Shown in pieces: positions 37,267-45,846 of a stretch of 64,000 nt of DNA. Under the pieces are notes generated by a model. That model did no database searches. It saw only the letters and a list, made by a program, of their open reading frames with translations, and was not told the DNA's origin. The translations under genes were made by a program, and so were the position numbers. This DNA comes from a virus. Lineage: Duplodnaviria; Heunggongvirae; Uroviricota; Caudoviricetes. How positions within the stretch are numbered: the first letter of the stretch is position 1; every line of letters starts with the position of its first letter. Location of the stretch: the IMG/VR virus record IMGVR_UViG_3300035034_001740, positions 12,476-76,475 of that record, one strand, 5' to 3'.

Positions 37267-37286
37267 TAGTCTATCTATATAGACTA
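37267..37286 (+). promoter_or_regulatory. 20-bp palindrome TAGTCTATCTATATAGACTA overlapping the start codon of the 37286 gene
   Basis: Perfect 8-bp arms; 10 nt downstream of TTGACA at 37249. Confidence 0.35.
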
Positions 37287-37495
37287 TGAGTAAATTCTTT
37301 AAAAAGTTATTTGATATGTCAACCGTTGATTGGATTGTGAACAAGAATCGTAAACCGACTGAGAACACTAAATATCTCAGTGTTGTACATGGAGGAATTG
37401 AATACAGATTCACACAACACCAAGTTAAGGATGCTAGAGAACGTGCGTTGAAGCAACCAGAAGATAACTTCGACGTTGCTGAACACATCACTTGA
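37286..37495 (+). CDS. Hypothetical protein
   Basis: ORF only. Confidence 0.4.
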   Translation: MSKFFKKLFDMSTVDWIVNKNRKPTENTKYLSVVHGGIEYRFTQHQVKDARERALKQPEDNFDVAEHIT

Positions 37496-37935
37496 TGCAA
37501 ACGGAGTTCTCTACAGTCTATTCCGCCGTTATTATAACGAGGGGTGAATATGCTTATATAAGGAAGGGTGACAAATTTCATTTCCTTGAGGGTGTTAAAG
37601 TAGGCGATAATCCAGGTTCATCGCCTAGAAATGATATCACCTCTGTTCTGTATGACATGATTGGGATAACATTTACGGTTGATTGGCTTAGATACATAGG
37701 GGCGACAATTCACACAAATGAATATTGTCCATGTGAGTATTGTGAACTTGATGAAAATTTTATAGTGTTACACTACTGGCTCGACTTCGGTAATTTGCCA
37801 GATATGAATTTAGAAAACTTGGGGTTGACTAAATTCTTGTTGTCTGATATGGTTGAGAACAAACATGGAAACATACTCAACGCAGATTCTTTAGCTGCTA
37901 AAAGAGTGTTAGACATTAGAAACCAACCGATGTAA
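37492..37935 (+). CDS. Hypothetical protein
   Basis: ORF only. Confidence 0.4.
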   Translation: MMQTEFSTVYSAVIITRGEYAYIRKGDKFHFLEGVKVGDNPGSSPRNDITSVLYDMIGITFTVDWLRYIGATIHTNEYCPCEYCELDENFIVLHYWLDFGNLPDMNLENLGLTKFLLSDMVENKHGNILNADSLAAKRVLDIRNQPM

Positions 37936-37940
37936 ATTTT

Positions 37941-38675
37941 ATGAAAACTATACAGGACTATTTAAAAGAACAAGACGCAGTATCGTTGATACAAAAGACA
38001 GTTGACGAACATGCTGCTCGATGTTGGGTATCTCTAAACGAACAACAGATCAAGGATTTGATTGAAGCGTATACATCTGTATATCAGACATTAATTAGTT
38101 TCGGTGAATGGACATGGTTTCGTTCTACATATGAAGTATCAGCATACGTAAATCCTCCACTTTCGTTTGGAGATACAGATAATGAACCAGTTCTTGAAAT
38201 CTCATTGTTGAATAAGAACTATGACGAGCCGCCAGCAGGATTAAAGTGGTGGGGCGGAGATCCTGAGATTAAGGATGATGCTCCAGAAGGCCATTACAAC
38301 GTGAATTACAGTGACCATAACAAGTATTACTCAGTCGACGGTATGCCTTGGAGAGTAACAGTGAATTTAGAACTTGATATAGATGATACCGCATTAGATT
38401 ATTCCATAGAGGATATTTTGGTTGAGTATATGTATAGTGTCACCTTCAACGGCTTCCGAGAAAAAAGTTATTTGGGTATGAAAAAAGACCTACAGGAACG
38501 GATGGAAGAAACGGATTACGTTTCATACGAAGACGCGATGAAAGAAATAAATGATTACTCAGAAAATAGAGACGTAACCGATCCGAAGAACGCAAAGGAA
38601 TCCAAAGTTCTATTTACAAAAGAGGCTGTCGAAGATTTGAAAAGAATGGTTGACAAGCCGTTTGAGTCTGACTAA
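37941..38675 (+). CDS. Hypothetical protein
   Basis: ORF only. Confidence 0.45.
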   Translation: MKTIQDYLKEQDAVSLIQKTVDEHAARCWVSLNEQQIKDLIEAYTSVYQTLISFGEWTWFRSTYEVSAYVNPPLSFGDTDNEPVLEISLLNKNYDEPPAGLKWWGGDPEIKDDAPEGHYNVNYSDHNKYYSVDGMPWRVTVNLELDIDDTALDYSIEDILVEYMYSVTFNGFREKSYLGMKKDLQERMEETDYVSYEDAMKEINDYSENRDVTDPKNAKESKVLFTKEAVEDLKRMVDKPFESD

Positions 38676-38685
38676 TATCAAATTC

Positions 38686-39618
38686 ATGAAATTAGGATTA
38701 ACATGCATCTCTGAGATTCTAAGAGATACTGACAAAACGTTTACGTATCGTACAATGACGCGTAAACAATTTCTCAAGTTGGGTCGTAAAGACGGTTTAA
38801 AACAGTTGTCAGAACGTATATTGCATAATGTTCGATTTGCTTCAAAAGTTGTAAACCACTGTCACGATATTGGCGCTGTTCATTATCGTATACCGAGCAT
38901 GTTTCCCTTAATGACTGATACAGTATCCGATATTCTCTGGTCGGACTTACCTGATATAGATGACATTTATATTGCAATACGTGAGATTGGTGAGACTGCA
39001 CGTAGGTGTAACATTCGTATAGGTTCACATCCAGATCAGTTTGTGATTTTATCGTCTCCGAGAGATGAGGTTCGCCTGAAATCTATTATAGATTTAAAAA
39101 TGACCGGTTGGTTTTTTGACACCATGAATCTACCACGAAATCATGAGGCTCCTATTAATATTCATACGTCATGTTCTATTAAAGATGGTTCGTCGTTAGA
39201 ACAAATTGGTGATAGAATTTATGAATCGATGATGGCAGCTAGTGATTCTGTGTATACTCGATTGACGTTGGAAAACGAAGACAAGTCCAGCTTTAATTGT
39301 GAAACCTTGTTTCGACTCCATGAGTATATCAAAACATGCCATGGGCTATCGATTCCTTTAGTGTTCGACAACTTGCACCATCAGTGTAATCCGTCATCGA
39401 CAGGTGATGCAAAGTTTTGGTTAGGTAGATTCAAATCCACTTGGCCAGACGGAATTACGCCTGTCATGCATTGGTCTGAGGGTGGAGCTAACGGTAAGGT
39501 TCGTGCTCACGTTGATTATATCACAGAGGCGGTAGGCAAACCATTCGATTGTTCTGTTATTTGGGAACTTGAAGTCAAAGCAAAAGATAAAGCTATTTTA
39601 AAATTATTAAACGGGTAA
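38686..39618 (+). CDS. UV damage endonuclease UvdE-like (putative)
   Basis: MKLGLTCISEIL resembles the UvdE M-x-LGY-x-x-IS start; IRIGSHPDQF resembles the TIM-barrel sugar-phosphate isomerase/endonuclease fold. Confidence 0.4.
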   Translation: MKLGLTCISEILRDTDKTFTYRTMTRKQFLKLGRKDGLKQLSERILHNVRFASKVVNHCHDIGAVHYRIPSMFPLMTDTVSDILWSDLPDIDDIYIAIREIGETARRCNIRIGSHPDQFVILSSPRDEVRLKSIIDLKMTGWFFDTMNLPRNHEAPINIHTSCSIKDGSSLEQIGDRIYESMMAASDSVYTRLTLENEDKSSFNCETLFRLHEYIKTCHGLSIPLVFDNLHHQCNPSSTGDAKFWLGRFKSTWPDGITPVMHWSEGGANGKVRAHVDYITEAVGKPFDCSVIWELEVKAKDKAILKLLNG

Positions 39619-39625
39619 AAAATTT

Positions 39626-40141
39626 ATGAATAAACCAACTTGGGATGTGTATTATTTAACGCAGTGCTTTTTAGTAGCACAACGAAGTTTAGACCCTAAC
39701 ACTAAATGTGGAGCTGTCGTTGTAAGCGCGGACAACCGAGTGTTAAGCCAAGGTTATAATTCACCGCTTCGAAATTCTATTGACGAAGAGATTCCGTTGA
39801 CACGGCCTGAAAAGTATTGTCACATGATTCATTCGGAAGAGAATGCTATATTGGCATACAACGGTTCATATCAAGATATCAAGGGGGCTACAATTTATAT
39901 CACAGGTTCTCCATGTCACAAGTGTTTACGGATGATTATTCAAAAGGGAATCACTGAGATTGTATATCCAAAATTCCCAGTTGCTAAGTGTCAAGACAAC
40001 GCCGATTTGGAAGCTGCTGCTTTAATGTTGAAGCATCATCCAGAGGTAACTGTTACAGAAATAGACTGTTTGGATAAGATTTTCAGACTGATTGACCAGA
40101 CTAAATTTTACATTGACTCCAAACTGAAAGCTGATGAGTGA
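39626..40141 (+). CDS. dCMP deaminase
   Basis: HSEENAI and GSPCHKCLRMIIQKGI match the CDA zinc motifs (H-x-E ... PCxxC). Confidence 0.8.
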   Translation: MNKPTWDVYYLTQCFLVAQRSLDPNTKCGAVVVSADNRVLSQGYNSPLRNSIDEEIPLTRPEKYCHMIHSEENAILAYNGSYQDIKGATIYITGSPCHKCLRMIIQKGITEIVYPKFPVAKCQDNADLEAAALMLKHHPEVTVTEIDCLDKIFRLIDQTKFYIDSKLKADE

Positions 40142-40448
40142 TATTCCGATAGTAGTAAATGTATACAAGGACGAATATGACGTTTACATTGGGCGTGATT
40201 CGAAATTTGGGGATACTAAATGGGGAAATCCATACTCAAATCCGTTCATGCGTTTAGACATGAAACTTCATATGTATGAAGACTATATTAGAAAAAGTCC
40301 CGATTTATGGAATGATCTTGACAGTTTAGTGGGCAAGCGTATAGGATGTCATTGTAAATCCAGAATATGTCACGGTGACATTTTAAAAAAACTGGTAATC
40401 GAAAAACTAAAATTAAAGGAAGAAGATATATGGCAAAAGTGGATTTAG
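40134..40448 (+). CDS. Hypothetical protein (DUF4326-like, Cys/His-rich)
   Basis: GDTKWGNPY...CHCKSRICHGDIL. Confidence 0.35.
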   Translation: MSDIPIVVNVYKDEYDVYIGRDSKFGDTKWGNPYSNPFMRLDMKLHMYEDYIRKSPDLWNDLDSLVGKRIGCHCKSRICHGDILKKLVIEKLKLKEEDIWQKWI

Positions 40449-40867
40449 ATAGTGTAGAACATAACATGTCTCAAGCAGGCATTGGACAAAATGAGATTGA
40501 TCGAGTACTTGGTCAACTCAAACAAGAACTTGAGGATGCGGCGGCTTTAAGAGCGGCCCAACCCAAAGTTGAAAAACATAAGTATATTATCGCTAACACA
40601 GATGTTCCCGCTGGAACTCCAGTAAGTGAATATCCTATGGTGGTTGTTGAGGCTGAGGATTCAGTTCAACCTACATCGTTGGTCGATGGAATCAAAAACG
40701 CAATCGCTACGGCGAATCTTGACTGTAAGAAGTTGGTTAAGACTCCTGTAACATCAGTCTTTGATGGAATTGAACGAGTTCCTGCTAAATATTTTAAGGC
40801 TCATCAAATTAAAACCGTCGCTAAGTTTGTGACACAGGTGGTTGAAACTGATAACAAGTTGACCTAA
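40430..40867 (+). CDS. Hypothetical protein
   Basis: ORF only. Confidence 0.4.
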   Translation: MAKVDLDSVEHNMSQAGIGQNEIDRVLGQLKQELEDAAALRAAQPKVEKHKYIIANTDVPAGTPVSEYPMVVVEAEDSVQPTSLVDGIKNAIATANLDCKKLVKTPVTSVFDGIERVPAKYFKAHQIKTVAKFVTQVVETDNKLT

Positions 40868-40891
40868 GTGTGATTAGTCGTTACAGAGTCT

Positions 40892-41485
40892 ATGAAGGTT
40901 AGAGACGCTGTTGTAAGACGATCTATACACAGAGAACGTAATATGACAACATTCAATCAGATTGATCGGGGATACCCTTCAAAGATTAACAAAGAGAAGG
41001 AAGCTGAAGTTAATGATAAGTTTCGGAAGAACTCTCCGTGTATCAATAAATGTAGACTAGAAAACTACCGATGCAGCGCTTGTGGCCGTTCCCTAAAACA
41101 AATAGGGAATTGGCTATATTATACAAAATACGAACGAGAACGGATAATTAAGAAATTAAATATGACAGATCAGAAATTGAAAATTACAGGCAAGAACTTC
41201 GATTTGACGGAAGCTATTAAGGCTAACGTGAATGAGAAGATGACGAAGGTGTTTGAACACGACCATACTTCTAAAGTGAGTGTAGTTTTGGAAGAACAGA
41301 CTTCACACAATCCTCCGGAGTTTAGAGCTGCTGGTAATATAACAATTCACGACAAAACATATCACGTTGAGTCAACGACTGAGGATATGTACAAGTCGAT
41401 TAATGAACTTTCAAAGTTGATGCTCAGAGACATTCGGAGAGAACACTGTAAGTTTGAAGCGGGTCGGGTAAAAGATGAACAATAA
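40892..41485 (+). CDS. Ribosome hibernation promoting factor (HPF/RaiA)-like domain protein; N-terminal Zn-ribbon extension or alternative start at 41162
   Basis: C-terminal ~100 aa (KLKITGKNFDLTEAIKANVNEKMTKVFEH...HVESTTEDMYKSINELSKLMLRDIRREH) aligns along its length with E. coli HPF; N-part has CINKC...CSACG. Confidence 0.55.
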   Translation: MKVRDAVVRRSIHRERNMTTFNQIDRGYPSKINKEKEAEVNDKFRKNSPCINKCRLENYRCSACGRSLKQIGNWLYYTKYERERIIKKLNMTDQKLKITGKNFDLTEAIKANVNEKMTKVFEHDHTSKVSVVLEEQTSHNPPEFRAAGNITIHDKTYHVESTTEDMYKSINELSKLMLRDIRREHCKFEAGRVKDEQ

Positions 41486-41502
41486 CACGAAAATTAAAAA
41501 CT

Positions 41503-41904
41503 ATGAGTGAGAAAAAATATATATTCGTAATTGATACCGACTCATATGCAGGTAATTTTGAAAGAGAAATGACCGCATATGTTATAGGTGAAGTTGGCGA
41601 ATGTGGAGTTGGTGAGAAATACGCTTCTGCGTTTGACGAAGAAGTACACCCCGTCGATTTGGAAGATATTTCGGAATATAGAATTGACGATAGAGGTTTT
41701 CGCCGACCTACTTCAAAATATCTGAGTGCTGATGGAAATTATAACTCGGTTGCTATCTTCTTAAATGGTATGTTGGATGATGAAACGATTGATTATATGA
41801 AACTCCGTGCTCGGAAATACCTCAACATCAGAGGACATGATATAAAAATCACAGGGTTCCGAATGATCACAGAAGTTTTAACTACAGAAGGGAAATCTAT
41901 ATAA
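41503..41904 (+). CDS. Hypothetical protein
   Basis: ORF only. Confidence 0.4.
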   Translation: MSEKKYIFVIDTDSYAGNFEREMTAYVIGEVGECGVGEKYASAFDEEVHPVDLEDISEYRIDDRGFRRPTSKYLSADGNYNSVAIFLNGMLDDETIDYMKLRARKYLNIRGHDIKITGFRMITEVLTTEGKSI

Positions 41905-41907
41905 ACT

Positions 41908-42816
41908 GTGAATACATTGGATACAAAATATTTAAACCTTTGTAAGACGATTCTTGCTGAGGGAGTTAGAAAACCTAACAGAACAGGAACCGATACAATT
42001 GCTACGTCAGGTCTTAGTATCCGACATGACATGTCAGACGGATTTCCTCTGATCACAACAAAGAAGATGGCATACAAAACATGCCGTGTTGAATTAGAGG
42101 GTTTCATTGGTGGTCAAACGTCAAAGAAATGGTATCAAGATAGAGGTTGTAAGATTTGGAATGAGTGGTGCAACCCTCGGAAAGTTCCATACGGCACAGA
42201 CGACGAAACTCATGCTAGAATGGCAGCTGAAGATGATTTGGGTGAGATATACGGAGCACAGTGGCGCAACTTCCACGATCCGTCTCTAACGGAGAGAAGT
42301 GCCACAGGAATCAATGATGGCGTGGCCACATATTTTAACGGTGGCAGAGTCGATCAATTAGAGAACATTGTTCGTACATTGAAAACTAATCCGAGCGACC
42401 GTCGGATGATTTGTTCAGCTTGGAATCCACTTGCATTAGATCGTATGGCTTTACCTCCATGTCACTTTGCATGGCAAGTTGTTGTGGTGGGTGATCGGCT
42501 GGATTTGATTTGGACTCAACGATCTTGCGACTTTCCGATTGGCGCACCTTTTAATATAGTGAGTTACGCTACGTTACTCCATCTTCTTGCTAAAGAATCG
42601 GGATATAAAGAAGGTATTCTAACAGGAAACTTCGGAGATATTCACATTTATGAAAATTGTGTAGATGCTATCAAAGAACAACTCACGCGTGAGCCGTATG
42701 ATCTGCCCACGATTGAAACGGAAAATTTCACATCAATTTTTGATTGGAAAGCCGAAGACACAAAGTTAATTGGGTATAAATCCCATCCAGCTATCAAGAT
42801 GGATGTCTCCGTTTAA
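41908..42816 (+). CDS. thyA: Thymidylate synthase (ThyA), GTG start
   Basis: RTGTDTIATSGLSIRHDM...GFPLITTKK and ALPPCH active-site Cys motif. Confidence 0.9.
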   Translation: MNTLDTKYLNLCKTILAEGVRKPNRTGTDTIATSGLSIRHDMSDGFPLITTKKMAYKTCRVELEGFIGGQTSKKWYQDRGCKIWNEWCNPRKVPYGTDDETHARMAAEDDLGEIYGAQWRNFHDPSLTERSATGINDGVATYFNGGRVDQLENIVRTLKTNPSDRRMICSAWNPLALDRMALPPCHFAWQVVVVGDRLDLIWTQRSCDFPIGAPFNIVSYATLLHLLAKESGYKEGILTGNFGDIHIYENCVDAIKEQLTREPYDLPTIETENFTSIFDWKAEDTKLIGYKSHPAIKMDVSV

Positions 42817-42916
42817 ACTAACAGGTAACTATCAAATTCAGGGTTCTTTGACAACACTATGAACCACAACATGTTACAGATAAATCGATGTCGTAACTAT
42901 TTTTGAGAATATGGAG

Positions 42917-42945
42917 TTGACATATAGGGTTTGATACTATTAAAT
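42917..42945 (+). promoter_or_regulatory. sigma70-like promoter TTGACA-17-TTAAAT
   Basis: The ATG at 42952 lies 6 nt after the -10, so the transcript may be leaderless. Confidence 0.4.
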
Positions 42946-42951
42946 TATCTG

Positions 42952-43692
42952 ATGAGAGAAAAATTCAATAACATTTATATAGTGGGTGACTTGCATGGCG
43001 ATTTCCATGCGATTGATATTCTGTGTCGAAAAATGCCTGATAATTCTCTGATCATCCAAGTTGGTGATTGGGGTGTTGGTTTTGGAACACGAGGTATGAG
43101 AACCATGCTGCTTGGAATAATCCAAGAGGAATTAGAGAAGAAGAACAGCGAAATTTGGGCAATCAGAGGAAACCACGATGACCCTGCATACTTCCCTAGC
43201 TCAGATGGGAATATTCATCTAATTGGAGATTATACATACCAAACAATTAACGGAATGAAATTTCTGTTTGTTGGTGGTGCTACATCGATTGACAGGAATA
43301 TGCGTAGGGAAGGTCGTGATTGGTGGTCAGATGAAATTGTAAAATACGATACAGACAAGTGTAAAGAAGAGTGTGATGTTTTGATTGTTCACACAGCTGC
43401 TAAGTCGTGGTATCCTCACGATACACCTGAAAGTTTGAAGAAGGTCATTACATATTATGTTCCTGACATTGGTATTGAACGTGAAATTATGTATTCTGAT
43501 TTGTGTGTAGAACGTCAAAAGATTGAAAAAATCTTCACCAAGACAAAACCAAAGTTCGCCTTTTACGGACACTTCCATGATTCAAACAAAGAGGTAATTG
43601 GAGACTGTGTTACTAAGTTGCTTCATATCAATGAGTATGTTGAGTTTGGCGGTATGATGACATACACACATGACTTAACAGATAATTCTTAG
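42952..43692 (+). CDS. Calcineurin-like metallophosphoesterase (Ser/Thr phosphatase-like)
   Basis: IYIVGDLHGD and RGNHDDP. Confidence 0.65.
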   Translation: MREKFNNIYIVGDLHGDFHAIDILCRKMPDNSLIIQVGDWGVGFGTRGMRTMLLGIIQEELEKKNSEIWAIRGNHDDPAYFPSSDGNIHLIGDYTYQTINGMKFLFVGGATSIDRNMRREGRDWWSDEIVKYDTDKCKEECDVLIVHTAAKSWYPHDTPESLKKVITYYVPDIGIEREIMYSDLCVERQKIEKIFTKTKPKFAFYGHFHDSNKEVIGDCVTKLLHINEYVEFGGMMTYTHDLTDNS

Positions 43693-43708
43693 AATAACTT
43701 ATTATAAA

Positions 43709-43737
43709 TTGACTTGGCGGTTTTTATCGTCATTATA
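43709..43737 (+). promoter_or_regulatory. sigma70-like promoter TTGACT-17-ATTATA
   Basis: TATAAATTGACT extended -35. Confidence 0.4.
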
Positions 43738-43743
43738 TAAAAC

Positions 43744-44184
43744 ATGAAACTACATAAAGCATTAAAAGTAAAGAACCGTATGGTTGGTGAGGTTAATCGT
43801 CTCAAAGGATTAATTCAACGTGACAACTCAAGTTTAGAAGAGAAGTTTGATGAGGGGGCGATTCAAGCTAACTTTGTGGAATTCAATAACATTATGGAAG
43901 ACTTGATTAAGTTGAAGGCTCAGATACAAATAGCTACAGCTCCGATATCGGATAAGTTGATTCGCATGGCTGAACTTAAAGGTCTGCTCGGTTGGTATTC
44001 CGTATTGACTGTAAAGGAAGGAACCATTGAGGTAGATAACTATCGGACTGAAAAGACCAAAACTGAAAAATGGTCGTGTTTCTTAACTCAAACAATAATT
44101 GATGATACATTGGCGAACATTCAACGAGAGATTGAGAGTCTTCAAGACGAAGTTGACGAATACAATGCTTCTACAGATATTTGA
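43744..44184 (+). CDS. Hypothetical coiled-coil protein
   Basis: ORF only. Confidence 0.4.
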   Translation: MKLHKALKVKNRMVGEVNRLKGLIQRDNSSLEEKFDEGAIQANFVEFNNIMEDLIKLKAQIQIATAPISDKLIRMAELKGLLGWYSVLTVKEGTIEVDNYRTEKTKTEKWSCFLTQTIIDDTLANIQREIESLQDEVDEYNASTDI

Positions 44185-44405
44185 TGTGTAATGTGTCGGA
44201 GGCCGTTGGGATATGTCATTACGGCGAGTAATCGCTAACGCATACATCTACAGATATTGATAATGCCAATACAAAACTTAAAGATTATAATGGTAAAAAT
44301 TCAAACTGTAACATGTAACTCTCAACACTTAGATCGACTTATTCGAGCGGCTTCCTTCACATTGCCATCATATTTTAATGATAGACAGAAATTACTGTAG
44401 ACGAA

Positions 44406-45056
44406 ATGAACATGTCAGAATGTAACATAGACCTACAAGAAAAGAATCAATCATATCCAAGAACATGTGATCGATGTGGTTTTGGTCCATGTATGAAACA
44501 CAATGTTTCAAGACGGATTTTAAATGGTACTCGTGGCTTATACATTGGTGCTATGGAAAAGAATCGTGAAGGTGGATTTAAAAGTCGAACACATGTTGTA
44601 GAGGCTTTGATGTCCATCGGGGTTACTGTATGGAATCATTATAATAACCCAATACGATCCGACAGTGATGAAGGAGATGCTGAAATGTTTGAGAGATTCG
44701 AACAGTGGAGGGAGGAAGAAAATTATGAAGCCATCCATGAGTGTGGAAAACCGATTCGTAATAAAGATTTAGCACTAATCGACAAATGTGATTTTGTTAT
44801 CTGTGAGTTGGATATGGAGAAGTTGAGTTGCGGAACTTGGGAGGAACTGTTTCTTGCCAACCGCCACAAGAAGCCAGTATTTGTATTCTGTAAACAGGGT
44901 AAGAAGGCTATTCCTTTATGGATGTGGTGGACTCTACCTATCAATTACTTTTATAATAACTTGGAAGAGGTTATCGACACTCTAAAAAAGATTGATACAG
45001 GCGATATCGTGATAGACAATGACCGTTGGAAGTTATTACGTCCAGAATTTCGTTAA
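44406..45056 (+). CDS. Hypothetical protein, nucleoside 2-deoxyribosyltransferase-like C-terminal motif
   Basis: CDFVICELDMEKLSCGTWEELFLANRHKKPVFVF resembles the NDT D-x-GT-x-x-E-x-G...KPV motif. Confidence 0.35.
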   Translation: MNMSECNIDLQEKNQSYPRTCDRCGFGPCMKHNVSRRILNGTRGLYIGAMEKNREGGFKSRTHVVEALMSIGVTVWNHYNNPIRSDSDEGDAEMFERFEQWREEENYEAIHECGKPIRNKDLALIDKCDFVICELDMEKLSCGTWEELFLANRHKKPVFVFCKQGKKAIPLWMWWTLPINYFYNNLEEVIDTLKKIDTGDIVIDNDRWKLLRPEFR

Positions 45057-45093
45057 AATAAACATTTTCCATATCGTTTTCGTATGGTAGTTG

Positions 45094-45133
45094 ATATATA
45101 TGTATATATGAAAATTAAACACACACGACATAA
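45094..45133 (+). repeat. AT-alternating leader element (copy 2 of 2) ATATATATGTATATATG-AAAATTAAACACACACGACATAA
   Basis: 36/40 identical to 22384-22423. Confidence 0.6.
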
Positions 45134-45512
45134 CGATGAGACGGATAATGGATTTGACTTCAGCAGATATCCGTCTCTCCGACACTACTCCTGTCACGCC
45201 AGATGTCGAGAGAATTTTTATGATGTAGACTTTATCTCCGTACCGATTACCTACACGGAGGGGGGTATCTGGACGAAATTCATGTCTGAGAACAAAGACA
45301 AACCCTCTGGCGATGATTGTATAGGTTCAACTTTACAGAATCCTTATTTTGAGATACTAAGAAGCAACTGTGCAGTCAATTTATCAGACACTAACGGAAA
45401 TCGCATTATATCATTCGATGTTGAATCTAAGAAGGTTCTAAGAGACGACGAAGATATCACAATGGATGATGCTTCTATTGGTCGTGCTGTAAGAGAATTC
45501 CTTTTCAATTAA
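45108..45512 (+). CDS. Hypothetical protein, MKIKHTRHN-leader family
   Basis: Start placed at the conserved leader Met inside the repeated element (the ORF extends to 45084). Confidence 0.5.
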   Translation: MKIKHTRHNDETDNGFDFSRYPSLRHYSCHARCRENFYDVDFISVPITYTEGGIWTKFMSENKDKPSGDDCIGSTLQNPYFEILRSNCAVNLSDTNGNRIISFDVESKKVLRDDEDITMDDASIGRAVREFLFN

Positions 45513-45531
45513 ATTCAAAGCAAATAAAAAT

Positions 45532-45846
45532 ATGTATTACGTAATAGACACAACACGAAAAAACAATGATGGTCAAAGCCTCGCAGCATCATACAACACA
45601 GTTGAAGAAGTAGTAGCGCACTTAGAAGTAATGTGCCCGCGACTAACTAACAAAACAAGATCACAACTCATGAGTGATGCTGCTGATTTAGGATTCGGAG
45701 ACGATGACATCTATGGCAAAAATTTCACAAACATGATGATTGAACAAAATGTTAACATTGGGGTTATCAGACAAGATGGACAGCCTATCAGATGTGACAT
45801 TCACAACGACGATCAGTTCAGTAATAAGACAGAATACGGACATTAA
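45532..45846 (+). CDS. Hypothetical protein
   Basis: ORF only. Confidence 0.4.
   Translation: MYYVIDTTRKNNDGQSLAASYNTVEEVVAHLEVMCPRLTNKTRSQLMSDAADLGFGDDDIYGKNFTNMMIEQNVNIGVIRQDGQPIRCDIHNDDQFSNKTEYGH

Noticed and set aside
44166-44260. Short direct repeat CTACAGATATT(T)GAT at 44166 and 44244 in a 220-nt intergenic region
   Set aside because: There are only two ~15-nt copies with an indel and no surrounding structure. I could not build a tRNA or sRNA fold, so I left it as unexplained low-level similarity.
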